Shown here: piece by piece, positions 12,637 through 23,382 of the stretch | How positions within the stretch are numbered: the stretch's first letter is position 1 | Layout: each line of letters begins with the position of its first letter | Source: Callorhinchus milii | Taxonomy: Eukaryota | NCBI RefSeq assembly: GCF_018977255.1 | Contig: NW_024705475.1 | Location: forward strand, 1-41,636 | Direction: 5' to 3' | Length of the DNA: 41,636 nt | Program-made: the position numbers and the translations under genes | The notes under the pieces: generated by a model | Seen by the model: only the letters and a program-made list of their open reading frames with translations | What the model was told of the DNA's origin: nothing | The model's database searches: none

Positions 12637-12957
12637 TATACTGTATTGCTATAAACCACCTTATCCATTGCAATATTACACTATGTATTATTCTACCCAC
12701 CATAATGTATATCACACTGCTGTATATTCACTATACAATTACGATACTATATATTACTTTGTACATTGTATTAAGCATATACATTTTTATACTATTTGTT
12801 ATTATACATTGTACCGTTGACCGTCGTGTGAAAGATACTAAGAGGAAGAAACAAAATAAGTCAATGCAGCGGAGCAAAGAATCCATTCCCTGCGGAGAAT
12901 ACAATGCCAGTGAGTGGAACGCGGTCTGAAAGTCACCGTAAACGTGAACACAATCAG

Positions 12958-13549
12958 TTAAGATCCGAAATGGTTTATTACGTCCTTCCAATGATTGCTA
13001 AGCCAGAATCCATCTTCTCGGTTGAAATTGTCTCTGTGTTTGTATATGTGGATCGCCTCATGAACGAATCTCTCATGGTAGCCAGATGGCTTGCAGAGAA
13101 CCTCTGTCTTGGAGAAGTCAATATCATGTGAGCCCACTGAATTGTAACAGTGATCTGCCACGGCTGAGGTGTTTGTCCTACCGTGTTTCAAGTCTGCTTT
13201 ATGTTCACGGATGCGGTCCGAGACATGTCGTTTGGTTTCTTCAATGTAACTGCTACCACAGAGGCAACTTAATTTGTAGACGCCAGGGTACTGTATGTCT
13301 GGAACCACATCTTTTACAGACGGGACCAGATCACAGATTTTATGTACTGTGTTGAATCGGACCTGGATCTTGTGTTTTATCAGGATTTTGGAGATCTTTT
13401 TTGTGATCCCAGCAATGTAGGGTAAGGTGATGGTTTTGAAAGGCTCCTCAACGAGATCCTTCTTGATGGTTGGAGTGATGGCTTTGCGGATTGTGTAGTC
13501 GGAGTAACCATTAGCCTTAAGAGCTTGGCGTATGTGTTTGAGTTCACTG
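12958..13549 (-). pseudogene. Penelope-like element linker and GIY-YIG endonuclease
   Basis: LKANGY..LPYIAG..GVYKLSCLCGSSYIEETKR..RIREH..SAVADHC..EAIHI..NFNREDG. Confidence 0.92.
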
Positions 13550-13947
13550 ACGCCATCCAGACTGCCACTCTACGCCCGACCTTATGGAAGAGGTACGTAG
13601 ATGACACTTTTGTCATCTGGCCACATGGCTGGCCTGTTCTAGACCAATTCCTCGACCACATCAATTCCATACACCCAGCCATCAGATTCACCATGGAAGT
13701 CGAAAAAGATGGCAAGCTACCCTTTTTGGATGTCCTAATTAAAAGGAGACCTGATGGTTCAATGAGCCATTCTGTCTACAGGAAAGCCACCCATACGGAT
13801 GCTTACCTAAAGCCGGATTCCCACCACCATCCATCCCAGAAGAATTCCCTCATCAAGACTCTATACCATAGAGCCCAATGCATATCCGACCAGGAACACA
13901 TTGCCAGTGAACTCAAACATGTACGCCAAGCTCTTAAGGCTAATGGT
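13550..13947 (+). pseudogene. Penelope-like reverse transcriptase C-terminal half (inverted segment)
   Basis: WKRYVDDTFVIW, FTMEVE, LPFLDV, VYRKATHT and SHHHPSQK are PLE RT/thumb motifs. Confidence 0.93.
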
Positions 13948-14084
13948 GGTTTATAGCAATACAGTATATAATTTAATGTTGGGTTTGTCTATGGCATATT
14001 CAGATTCCAAAGAACACAGGATGAGATGTTACTATCCTTTGTGCAAGCACTTCCAAGAGTTCATGAACAGTGAGCCTGGTGAAA

Positions 14085-14170
14085 TTTGGGGAGCGCATCG
14101 TCAGTAGTGAACCTTTGGTTCCTAGGGTGTTTCGGCCTTTCATACTATACACCCTCCCCAAAGGCGGCCA
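14085..14170 (-). ncRNA. Candidate rearranged hammerhead ribozyme in the 3' UTR (copy 1)
   Basis: GGGTGTA / GAAACACCC (stem III plus GUA site), TAGT / ACTA-CTGACGA (stem I plus core), GGCC/GGCC (possible stem II) and TTTGGGGAG/CTCCCCAAA (closing stem). Confidence 0.65.
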
Positions 14171-14324
14171 GCGACAGGGTGATCAATCCTACGCTTGCGT
14201 CCCATTCCCAATTAGTCATAGGAGTTGCCTTGTTGTTGATAGCCAACATCCCATGGGACTATGCATGGCAGGGGCGTCCTCCTCCCTGAGTCAAGCATTG
14301 TTGACTGCATACCTCCTGGCCCTC

Positions 14325-17300
14325 TCACTTTGGGGCCCAGCTGGGGTCTTTCCTCTTCATCCAGAGCCACTGACTGCTGCCTTCTGCCGCCTCCGATACA
14401 GCTCTGATTGCCGAACGCTGGCTCTGGCCCTTAATTCCCAGGTCTCTAAGCAGTCTGGTTGTAGATGTTGCCACAAAACCTCTGCAGCCCACCTCCACTG
14501 GTCGGACTTCTGTGTTCCAGCCATGATGCCGTGCTTCGGCAGCTAGATCGGCATAGCGCAGATGTTTTCGCTCATAAGCCTCATCTACTGAGTCCTCCCA
14601 GGGTACTGTGAGCTCAATGATGAAGACCTTCTTGAGCGAACGGGACCAGAGCACCATGTCAGGTCTTAGGGTGGTGGTTGCGATCTCCGGAGGAAACACA
14701 AGTTGCCGGCCAATGTCAGCTAGCATTTTCCAGTCGCGGGCCAAGCGCAGCTGGTCTCGCTCTATTGGTGTAGAGCCGCTCTTCGGTGGTTTAGCCCCTT
14801 CGCGGACAAAGGTCGTCCGTAAGGGGTGTGATGCTGCTGGGGGTGGTAGGGAGTTGGTGGCAGTTCGCTTGTCCTCCAGGGCGGATGCAAGGTTTTTAAG
14901 GACTTGGTTGTGACGCCAAGTGTAGCGTCCTTGGGTGAGGCTTGTTTTACACCCTGTGAGAATGTGCCTGAGGTTGGCTGGCATGGAACAGAGGGCACAG
15001 TCCGGATCTTCACCATACCATTGGTGAAGATTAACTGGTGTTGGAAGGACGTCATATGTTGCTCTGATGGAAAAGCTCAACCGCCTCGCTTCCATGGCCC
15101 ACAGATCCTTCCAGCTGATCTTCCTCTTCTCCACACTGTCCCATCGAGTCCACTGTCCCTGTTTGGCAAGAGAGACTGCCTTGGCCCACCTTGCAGCCTC
15201 CTCCTGATGGCGTACTTCCTGCACTACCATCTTCCGCCGCTCTGGTGCAGTGGCCTTACTCCAAGCAGCACGGCTAGTTAGTCCAAGCCTCCTCTCCCTT
15301 GCTGAACATGACCCACAATGTCAGCATGTCTGAGGGCTGCTGTTGCCTCCTGGACTGCTTTTCCTGGCCTCCATTTGCGCCCAGTTGCCAAGGTCGGCGC
15401 GTTGTTGCTCACCACTGGGTCTCGAGATTCATTCAGTGTCATCTGGAGCCTGGTTTTTGCACACTTGAATTCCTCGGTTAGACTGGTGAGGGGCAGCTTG
15501 AGGACACCATCTCCATAGAGGCCTATGGTGGTAAGGCATCGTGGAACTCCGAGCCACTTCTTTAAGTAGCTCGTGACTCCTCTTTCCATCTTCTCCACTG
15601 TTGAGATTGGAACCTCATACACTGCTAGGGGCCACAACACCCGGGGTAGGAGACCAAACTGCAGACACCAGGCCTTTAACTTTCCAGGTAGCTGGGTGTT
15701 GTCGATGGACTGGAGGCTACTACTGATGTCTTTGCGCAGCTGTTGCACCTGGTCTTTGTCCTTCAGGCTTGCATCATACCACCTTCCAAGGCTTTTTACC
15801 GGCTGCTCAGACACTGTTGGGATTTGGTCATCTCCGATGAAGAATTTCAGGTCACAGAGTACTCCCTTCACAATCGAGATGCTGCGTGACTTGGATGGTT
15901 TAATCTTCATACGGGCCCAGCTGATGTTCTCCTCGAGTTTTCTGAGCAGTCTCCTGGTGCATGGGACAGTGGTGGTCAATGTTGTAATGTCGTCCATGTA
16001 GGCTCTGAGTGGAGGGAGGCGACAACCAGAGTCGACTCGCTGTCCACCAGCAACCCATTTTGAGGATCTGATGATAACCTCCATTGCCATTATGAATGCC
16101 AATGGAGAAATGGTACATCCCGCCATTATACCTACATTCAGGCATTGCCATGAGGTGGTGAACTCTGAGGTGGTGAAGCAGAACTGCAGATCCTGAAAGT
16201 ACGACTTCACCAGGGTTGTGATGGTGTCCGGTATGTGGAAAAATCTGAAGGCAGACCACAGGAGTTCATGGGGCACAGAGCCAAATGCATTGGCGAGGTC
16301 GAGGAAGACTACATGGAGGTCCCTTTTCTCCACCTTGGCCATTTGGATCTGGTGCCAGATCATGCTGGAATGTTCCAAGCAGCCAGAGAACCCTGATATT
16401 CCTGCCTTCTGTACAGATGTATCGACGTACGCATTCCTTTGCAGGTACTCGGCCATCCTCTGGGCAATGACCCTAAAGAAGATTTTACCCTCGACATTCA
16501 GTAAGGAGATTGGGCGGAATTGGCTGATGTTCACTGCATCCTTCTCCTTAGGGATCAGGACCCCGCCTGCCCTACGCCACACTTTGGGTATTATCTTTTT
16601 TTCCAAGCTTTCCATAAGCCTCCAGAGGAACCTCAGGACGTCTGGTGCGTTCTTATACACTTTGTACGGGACTCCATTTGGCCCCGGGGCTGATGCTGTT
16701 CTTGCCCTTCGAACTGTGTTTTCCACCTCTTTCCATGTCGGAGGGCTGGTCTCAATATGATGTTCCGGGGGTTCAATGGGTGGGATATCTGATGGGATGG
16801 CCAGATGTTCATGTCGCTTTGAGTCAAAGTTTGTTGTTCTCAGGTGCTCTTCTAGGTCTTTCTTTGTTGTTTTTAGAACTCCACTTTTTTCCTTCGTGAA
16901 GAGACTTTTAAGGAACTTGAAGGGATCTTTATAGAATCGAGTTCTAGTTTGTTCTTTCTTCCTTCTGCGTTTCCGTAGGTTCTCTGCTCTACGGAGGGAT
17001 GCCAACCGGGTTTTGATGTCAGCCTGAAGTGCCTCTATGCCCTCCTTTTCCACTTCAGAGGCTTTCTTCCACTGTTTCTTAAGCTGTCTCCTTTCTTGAA
17101 CGAGGCGCTTGATTTCTTGTTGCCTCCTGGAAACTGGTGGGGTTGGAACCTTTCTCCCGCCTTTTGCCTCTTGCACTCCAAAGCTTTCTGCCCCGTACTC
17201 ATAGATGATGTCCCCCATCCTCTCCAACTTCTTCTCCACTGTGCCTCGAAGTTTCTCGAGGGTCAAGGTAAGGTCAGTATTCACTGTTTCCCACAACTTC

Positions 17301-17860
17301 TTGTCACTGGCGCCAGGCCACTTCACATACGGTCTGTGCCCTGGTAGTCTCCTCTCGACTGCAGGTCTGGGAGGCTGGGTGAGTTCCACTCCTGTTGTTG
17401 GTTCCACCTCAGTTGTTACTTCGGTGCTTGAGTTTACGTCCTCCATGACAGTGGTACTGATGCACTGCAAACTATGGTTTGCGTCCAGTTGCTGTGCTTC
17501 ATTCGACTGATTTGATCGCTTTCGCAGAAAGTAATCAATGCGAGGCCTCTGTCTCTCTTTACCCAAACACCCCTTCTTCCCCTGGTGGATCCTCAACCCA
17601 TGGTGTGATGTAACTTTCCTCCAACCACAGACACATACCTGCATCTGTTTGTGGCCTGCTGTTGCAGCGGAACTTGTGACAGTTGCTGTGGTGTTCTCTT
17701 GTGCTGTGCTCTCATTACTCGTAGTCGTTTCCGGTCCAGTCGTTACCATGTTGTCAGTCGATGAGTCATCTTCCGCCCCCGCTCTCGCAGACTCTAGGGG
17801 TATTCTCGTATGTTGACTTTCTGTAGCTAAAGCGGGTGTTTCCAACATACTGCGAAGCAT
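14325..17860 (-). pseudogene. Zn-finger/RT/CCHC/restriction-like endonuclease polyprotein, one net frameshift near 15285
   Basis: CVCG..GLRIH; SAPGPNG, FRPISLLN, LDLANAFGSVPH, GIMAGCTISP, YMDD; CALC..HILTGC; RHNQVL; RPDMVLW..IELTVPWE..ERKHLRY. Confidence 0.93.
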
Positions 17861-18090
17861 GGGAAACTACAGAAATGGGAAGCTAACCCATGACTGTCCC
17901 AGTGGGGTCTATTCCCTCCTGTCAGCCGTCTCTCCGTGCCGCCACAAGGACTTTCCCCTGTTGTCAGCTGATCTTTCTCAGCAGTCACTGGACAAGTCCA
18001 GATATTCAGATTCCAAAGAACACAGGATGAGATGTTACTATCCTTTGTGCAAGCACTTCCAAGAGTTCATGAACAGTGAGCCTGGTGAAA

Positions 18091-18175
18091 TTTGGGGAGC
18101 GCATCGTCAGTAGTGAACCTTTGGTCCTAGGGTGTTTCGGCCTTTCATACTATACACCCTCCCCAAAGGCGGCCA
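18091..18175 (-). ncRNA. Candidate rearranged hammerhead ribozyme (copy 2)
   Basis: Same motifs as 14085-14170, with a 1-bp deletion in the side hairpin. Confidence 0.65.
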
Positions 18176-18329
18176 GCGACAGGGTGATCAATCCTACGCT
18201 TGCGTCCCATTCCCAATTAGTCATAGGAGTTGCCTTGTTGTTGATAGCCAACATCCCATGGGACTATGCATGGCAGGGGCGTCCTCCTCCCTGAGTCAAG
18301 CATTGTTGACTGCATACCTCCTGGCCCTC

Positions 18330-21300
18330 TCACTTTGGGGCCCAGCTGGGGTCTTTCCTCTTCATCCAGAGCCACTGACTGCTGCCTTCTGCCGCCTCCG
18401 ATACAGCTCTGATTGCCGAACGCTGGCTCTGGCCCTTAATTCCCAGGTCTCTAAGCAGTCTGGTTGTAGATGTTGCCACAAAACCTCTGCAGCCCACCTC
18501 CACTGGTCGGACTTCTGTGTTCCAGCCATGATGCCGTGCTTCGGCAGCTAGATCGGCATAGCGCAGATGTTTTCGCTCATAAGCCTCATCTACTGAGTCC
18601 TCCCAGGGTACTGTGAGCTCAATGATGAAGACCTTCTTGAGCGAACGGGACCAGAGCACCATGTCAGGTCTTAGGGTGGTGGTTGCGATCTCCGGAGGAA
18701 ACACAAGTTGCCGGCCAATGTCAGCTAGCATTTTCCAGTCGCGGGCCAAGCGCAGCTGGTCTCGCTCTATTGGTGTAGAGCCGCTCTTGGTGGTTTAGCC
18801 CCTTCGCGGACAAAGGTCGTCCGTAAGGGGTGTGATGCTGCTGGGGGTGGTAGGGAGTTGGTGGCAGTTCGCTTGTCCTCCAGGGCGGATGCAAGGTTTT
18901 TAAGGACTTGGTTGTGACGCCAAGTGTAGCGTCCTTGGGTGAGGCTTGTTTTACACCCTGTGAGAATGTGCCTGAGGTTGGCTGGCATGGAACAGAGGGC
19001 ACAGTCCGGATCTTCACCATACCATTGGTGAAGATTAACTGGTGTTGGAAGGACGTCATATGTTGCTCTGATGGAAAAGCTCAACCGCCTCGCTTCCATG
19101 GCCCACAGATCCTTCCAGCTGATCTTCCTCTTCTCCACACTGTCCCATCGAGTCCACTGTCCCTGTTTGGCAAGAGAGACTGCCTTGGCCCACCTTGCAG
19201 CCTCCTCCTGATGGCGTACTTCCTGCACTACCATCTTCCGCCGCTCTGGTGCAGTGGCCTTACTCCAAGCAGCACGGCTAGTTAGTCCAAGCCTCCTCTC
19301 CCTTGCTGAACATGACCCACAATGTCAGCATGTCTGAGGGCTGCTGTTGCCTCCTGGACTGCTTTTCCTGGCCTCCATTTGCGCCCAGTTGCCAAGGTCG
19401 GCGCGTTGTTGCTCACCACTGGGTCTCGAGATTCATTCAGTGTCATCTGGAGCCTGGTTTTTGCACACTTGAATTCCTCGGTTAGACTGGTGAGGGGCAG
19501 CTTGAGGACACCATCTCCATAGAGGCCTATGGTGGTAAGGCATCGTGGAACTCCGAGCCACTTCTTTAAGTAGCTCGTGACTCCTCTTTCCATCTTCTCC
19601 ACTGTTGAGATTGGAACCTCATACACTGCTAGGGGCCACAACACCCGGGGTAGGAGACCAAACTGCAGACACCAGGCCTTTAACTTTCCAGGTAGCTGGG
19701 TGTTGTCGATGGACTGGAGGCTACTACTGATGTCTTTGCGCAGCTGTTGCACCTGGTCTTTGTCCTTCAGGCTTGCATCATACCACCTTCCAAGGCTTTT
19801 TACCGGCTGCTCAGACACTGTTGGGATTTGGTCATCTCCGATGAAGAATTTCAGGTCACAGAGTACTCCCTTCACAATCGAGATGCTGCGTGACTTGGAT
19901 GGTTTAATCTTCATACGGGCCCAGCTGATGTTCTCCTCGAGTTTTCTGAGCAGTCTCCTGGTGCATGGGACAGTGGTGGTCAATGTTGTAATGTCGTCCA
20001 TGTAGGCTCTGAGTGGAGGGAGGCGACAACCAGAGTCGACTCGCTGTCCACCAGCAACCCATTTTGAGGATCTGATGATAACCTCCATTGCCATTATGAA
20101 TGCCAATGGAGAAATGGTACATCCCGCCATTATACCTACATTCAGGCATTGCCATGAGGTGGTGAACTCTGAGGTGGTGAAGCAGAACTGCAGATCCTGA
20201 AAGTACGACTTCACCAGGGTTGTGATGGTGTCCGGTATGTGGAAAAATCTGAAGGCAGACCACAGGAGTTCATGGGGCACAGAGCCAAATGCATTGGCGA
20301 GGTCGAGGAAGACTACATGGAGGTCCCTTTTCTCCACCTTGGCCATTTGGATCTGGTGCCAGATCATGCTGGAATGTTCCAAGCAGCCAGAGAACCCTGA
20401 TATTCCTGCCTTCTGTACAGATGTATCGACGTACGCATTCCTTTGCAGGTACTCGGCCATCCTCTGGGCAATGACCCTAAAGAAGATTTTACCCTCGACA
20501 TTCAGTAAGGAGATTGGGCGGAATTGGCTGATGTTCACTGCATCCTTCTCCTTAGGGATCAGGACCCCGCCTGCCCTACGCCACACTTTGGGTATTATCT
20601 TTTTTTCCAAGCTATTCCCATAAGCCTCCAGAGGAACCTCAGGACGTCTGGTGCGTTCTTATACACTTTGTACGGGACTCCATTTGGCCCCGGGGCTGAT
20701 GCTGTTCTTGCCCTTCGAACTGTGTTTTCCACCTCTTTCCATGTCGGAGGGCTGGTCTCAATATGATGTTCCGGGGGTTCAATGGGTGGGATATCTGATG
20801 GGATGGCCAGATGTTCATGTCGCTTTGAGTCAAAGTTTGTTGTTCTCAGGTGCTCTTCTAGGTCTTTCTTTGTTGTTTTTAGAACTCCACTTTTTTCCTT
20901 CGTGAAGAGACTTTTAAGGAACTTGAAGGGATCTTTATAGAATCGAGTTCTAGTTTGTTCTTTCTTCCTTCTGCGTTTCCGTAGGTTCTCTGCTCTACGG
21001 AGGGATGCCAACCGGGTTTTGATGTCAGCCTGAAGTGCCTCTATGCCCTCCTTTTCCACTTCCGAGGCTTTCTTCCACTGTTTCTTAAGCTGTCTCCTTT
21101 CTTGAACGAGGCGCTTGATTTCTTGTTGCCTCCTGGAAACTGGTGGGGTTGGAACCTTTCTCCCGCCTTTTGCCTCTTGCACTCCAAAGCTTTCTGCCCC
21201 GTACTCATAGATGATGTCCCCCATCCTCTCCAACTTCTTCTCCACTGTGCCTCGAAGTTTCTCGAGGGTCAAGGTAAGGTCAGTATTCACTGTTTCCCAC

Positions 21301-21866
21301 AACTTCTTGTCACTGGCGCCAGGCCACTTCACATACGGTCTGTGCCCTGGTAGTCTCCTCTCGACTGCAGGTCTGGGAGGCTGGGTGAGTTCCACTCCTG
21401 TTGTTGGTTCCACCTCAGTTGTTACTTCGGTGCTTGAGTTTACGTCCTCCATGACAGTGGTACTGATGCACTGCAAACTATGGTTTGCGTCCAGTTGCTG
21501 TGCTTCATTCGACTGATTTGATCGCTTTCGCAGAAAGTAATCAATGCGAGGCCTCTGTCTCTCTTTACCCAAACACCCCTTCTTCCCCTGGTGGATCCTC
21601 AACCCATGGTGTGATGTAACTTTCCTCCAACCACAGACACATACCTGCATCTGTTTGTGGCCTGCTGTTGCAGCGGAACTTGTGACAGTTGCTGTGGTGT
21701 TCTCTTGTGCTGTGCTCTCATTACTCGTAGTCGTTTCCGGTCCAGTCGTTACCATGTTGTCAGTCGATGAGTCATCTTCCGCCCCCGCTCTCGCAGACTC
21801 TAGGGGTATTCTCGTATGTTGACTTTCTGTAGCTAAAGCGGGTGTTTCCAACATACTGCGAAGCAT
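18330..21866 (-). pseudogene. RT/RLE polyprotein of unit 2, frameshifts near 20605, 19290 and 18787
   Basis: ORFs 20595-21866, 19282-20610, 18767-19234 and 18330-18749 reproduce the unit 1 protein. Confidence 0.93.
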
Positions 21867-22007
21867 GGGAAACTACAGAAATGGGAAGCTAACCCATGAC
21901 TGTCCCAGTGGGGTCTATTCCCTCCTGTCAGCCGTCTCTCCGTGCCGCCACAAGGACTTTCCCCTGTTGTCAGCTGATCTTTCTCAGCAGTCACTGGACA
22001 AGTCCAG

Positions 22008-22121
22008 ATATTCAGATTCCAAAGAACACAGGATGAGATGTTATTATCCTTTGTGCAAGCACTTCCAAGAGTTCATGAACAGTGAGCCTGGTGAAATTTG
22101 GGGAGCGCATCGTCAGTAGTG
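22008..22121 (-). repeat. 114-bp third copy of the retrotransposon 3' tail
   Basis: Matches 13996-14109 and 18002-18115 with one substitution seen. Confidence 0.97.
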
Positions 22122-22224
22122 CAGTTGCTGCCGCTGCGGCAGCAACTGCAGCAGCAGCAGCAACTGCAGCAGCAGCAGAAACTGCAGCAGCAGCAGCAAC
22201 TGCTGCAGCAGCAGTAACTGCAGC
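22122..22224. repeat. Imperfect (GCA)n repeat with 18-bp periodicity
   Basis: GCAGCAGCAGCAACT units. Confidence 0.9.
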
Positions 22225-22533
22225 TCCCTTTGATGCTGTTAATCCTGCATAATGCACATGCATATGCAGTACTAATTACATTCCTGCATTTCCCATAAAT
22301 ATGCTAAATTCCTGTTGATATGCAAATTCCTTTGTCAATGCGCCCAGCTTATATATATGCTCTAAGCCCGTGTGCTGTTTCATTCAGACTCTGTCGCCTC
22401 GACGGACCTGGTTTTCACCTGAGGACGGCTGCTTGCGTTGTGGCCGAAACGTCGTGAGAATTGTTTTATTATGTTTTATTTTTATTATTTTATTACTTCC
22501 CTTCTACGTGACTTTACCGAAAGAACCAAGAAG
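22225..22533 (+). mobile_element. Penelope-like element terminal (pseudo-LTR) fragment
   Basis: Inverted homologue of about 1108-1436, with a hammerhead and the PLE end motif. Confidence 0.75.
22412..22460 (+). ncRNA. Minimal type I hammerhead ribozyme (PLE-type)
   Basis: TTTTCAC-CTGAGGA-CGGCTGC..GTGGCC-GAAAC-GTC-GTGAGAA, with a 7-bp stem I. Confidence 0.8.
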
Positions 22534-22776
22534 GTTAAAATACATCAATTAATCTATTTAAAAAGTTCCCTGGGCATATAATAACTCATATCAAACAGAG
22601 GTCACGTTTTATACCTTGTTTTTTTGCTGATGTACACCTATATGCTTACTCCTTATCTCGCTCAGTAACATTTCTACAGGAGCTCTGATTCCACGATACA
22701 TGAAAAAACTCACCATGTGGCCTTAAAAAAAAAAGCAAAACGCGTTAGGTGACGTTCCTGACTACGACGCCTTCCG

Positions 22777-23382
22777 CACGGCACATGCGGTTAAGTCAAT
22801 GGCTGGGGAGGCACTGGCTGGTATCAGCCAGATTTACACACTGAGGGGGCGTGTCCTCACTGAGGGGGCATGACAGACACGCCCCCCTCAGTGAGGCAGA
22901 TGTGATAGCTGCCTCCCCTGGTGCTTTTTCATTGTAGTTTCATGACGAGACCAGCGAGCCTAAATATCTTTATACACATACGTTAAATAAGTTACCTGGA
23001 GTATGGAAGGCGAGGACATGAAATGAAGGGGTCTACAAACATCACATTGGTTACATACTGAGATAGTAACAGGCACGCACTTATTGCCCGCGCTCCATCC
23101 AGTTACTGAGGGGTTGCTCAATCAGAGGGGAGGCTGAGCTTGTCGCTGCCTCACTTCTCGTCTCTTCCTGTATTTGCAGCGGAGCTCCGCAAATTTTGGC
23201 GGTTTTGACTATAAAAATAATTGGAATCGTACAGAAATGACATTTATAACACAGATCAGTGGAATAATCTTAATATTTATTTATTTGATTATTATTTTAT
23301 TTTATTTTTCGTAACAGCTATTTTCCTTGGAGTATGACAGGTGAGGCTCTGCCTCCCCTGCCTCCCCTGACCGCACGTCCCT
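22777..23382. mobile_element. Degenerate MITE-like element with nested inverted repeats
   Basis: GGGGAGGCA/TGCCTCCCC and CACTGAGGGGGCGTGTC/GACACGCCCCCCTCAGTG inverted pairs; ends CCGCACGTCCCTG. No clear TSD. Confidence 0.4.

Larger units (their letters stand above)
13996..18001 (-). mobile_element. HERO-like RLE non-LTR retrotransposon, unit 1 (4006 bp)
   Basis: One long reading frame with RT and PD-(D/E)xK endonuclease, a 141-nt 5' UTR and an approximately 330-nt 3' UTR. The clade call comes from protein motifs recognised from memory. Confidence 0.92.
18002..22007 (-). mobile_element. HERO-like RLE non-LTR retrotransposon, unit 2 (4006 bp)
   Basis: Near-identical tandem copy of 13996-18001. 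Confidence 0.92.

Noticed and set aside
22008..22121. 114-bp block as a long target-site duplication or host exon
   Set aside because: It base-pairs with, and completes motifs of, the adjacent 3' UTR, so it is better explained as element sequence.
22083..22263. Ala/Thr-rich reading frame resembling a type I antifreeze protein
   Set aside because: It is a (GCA)n repeat with 6-residue rather than 11-residue Thr spacing, has no proper start, and is fused to retrotransposon tail sequence.
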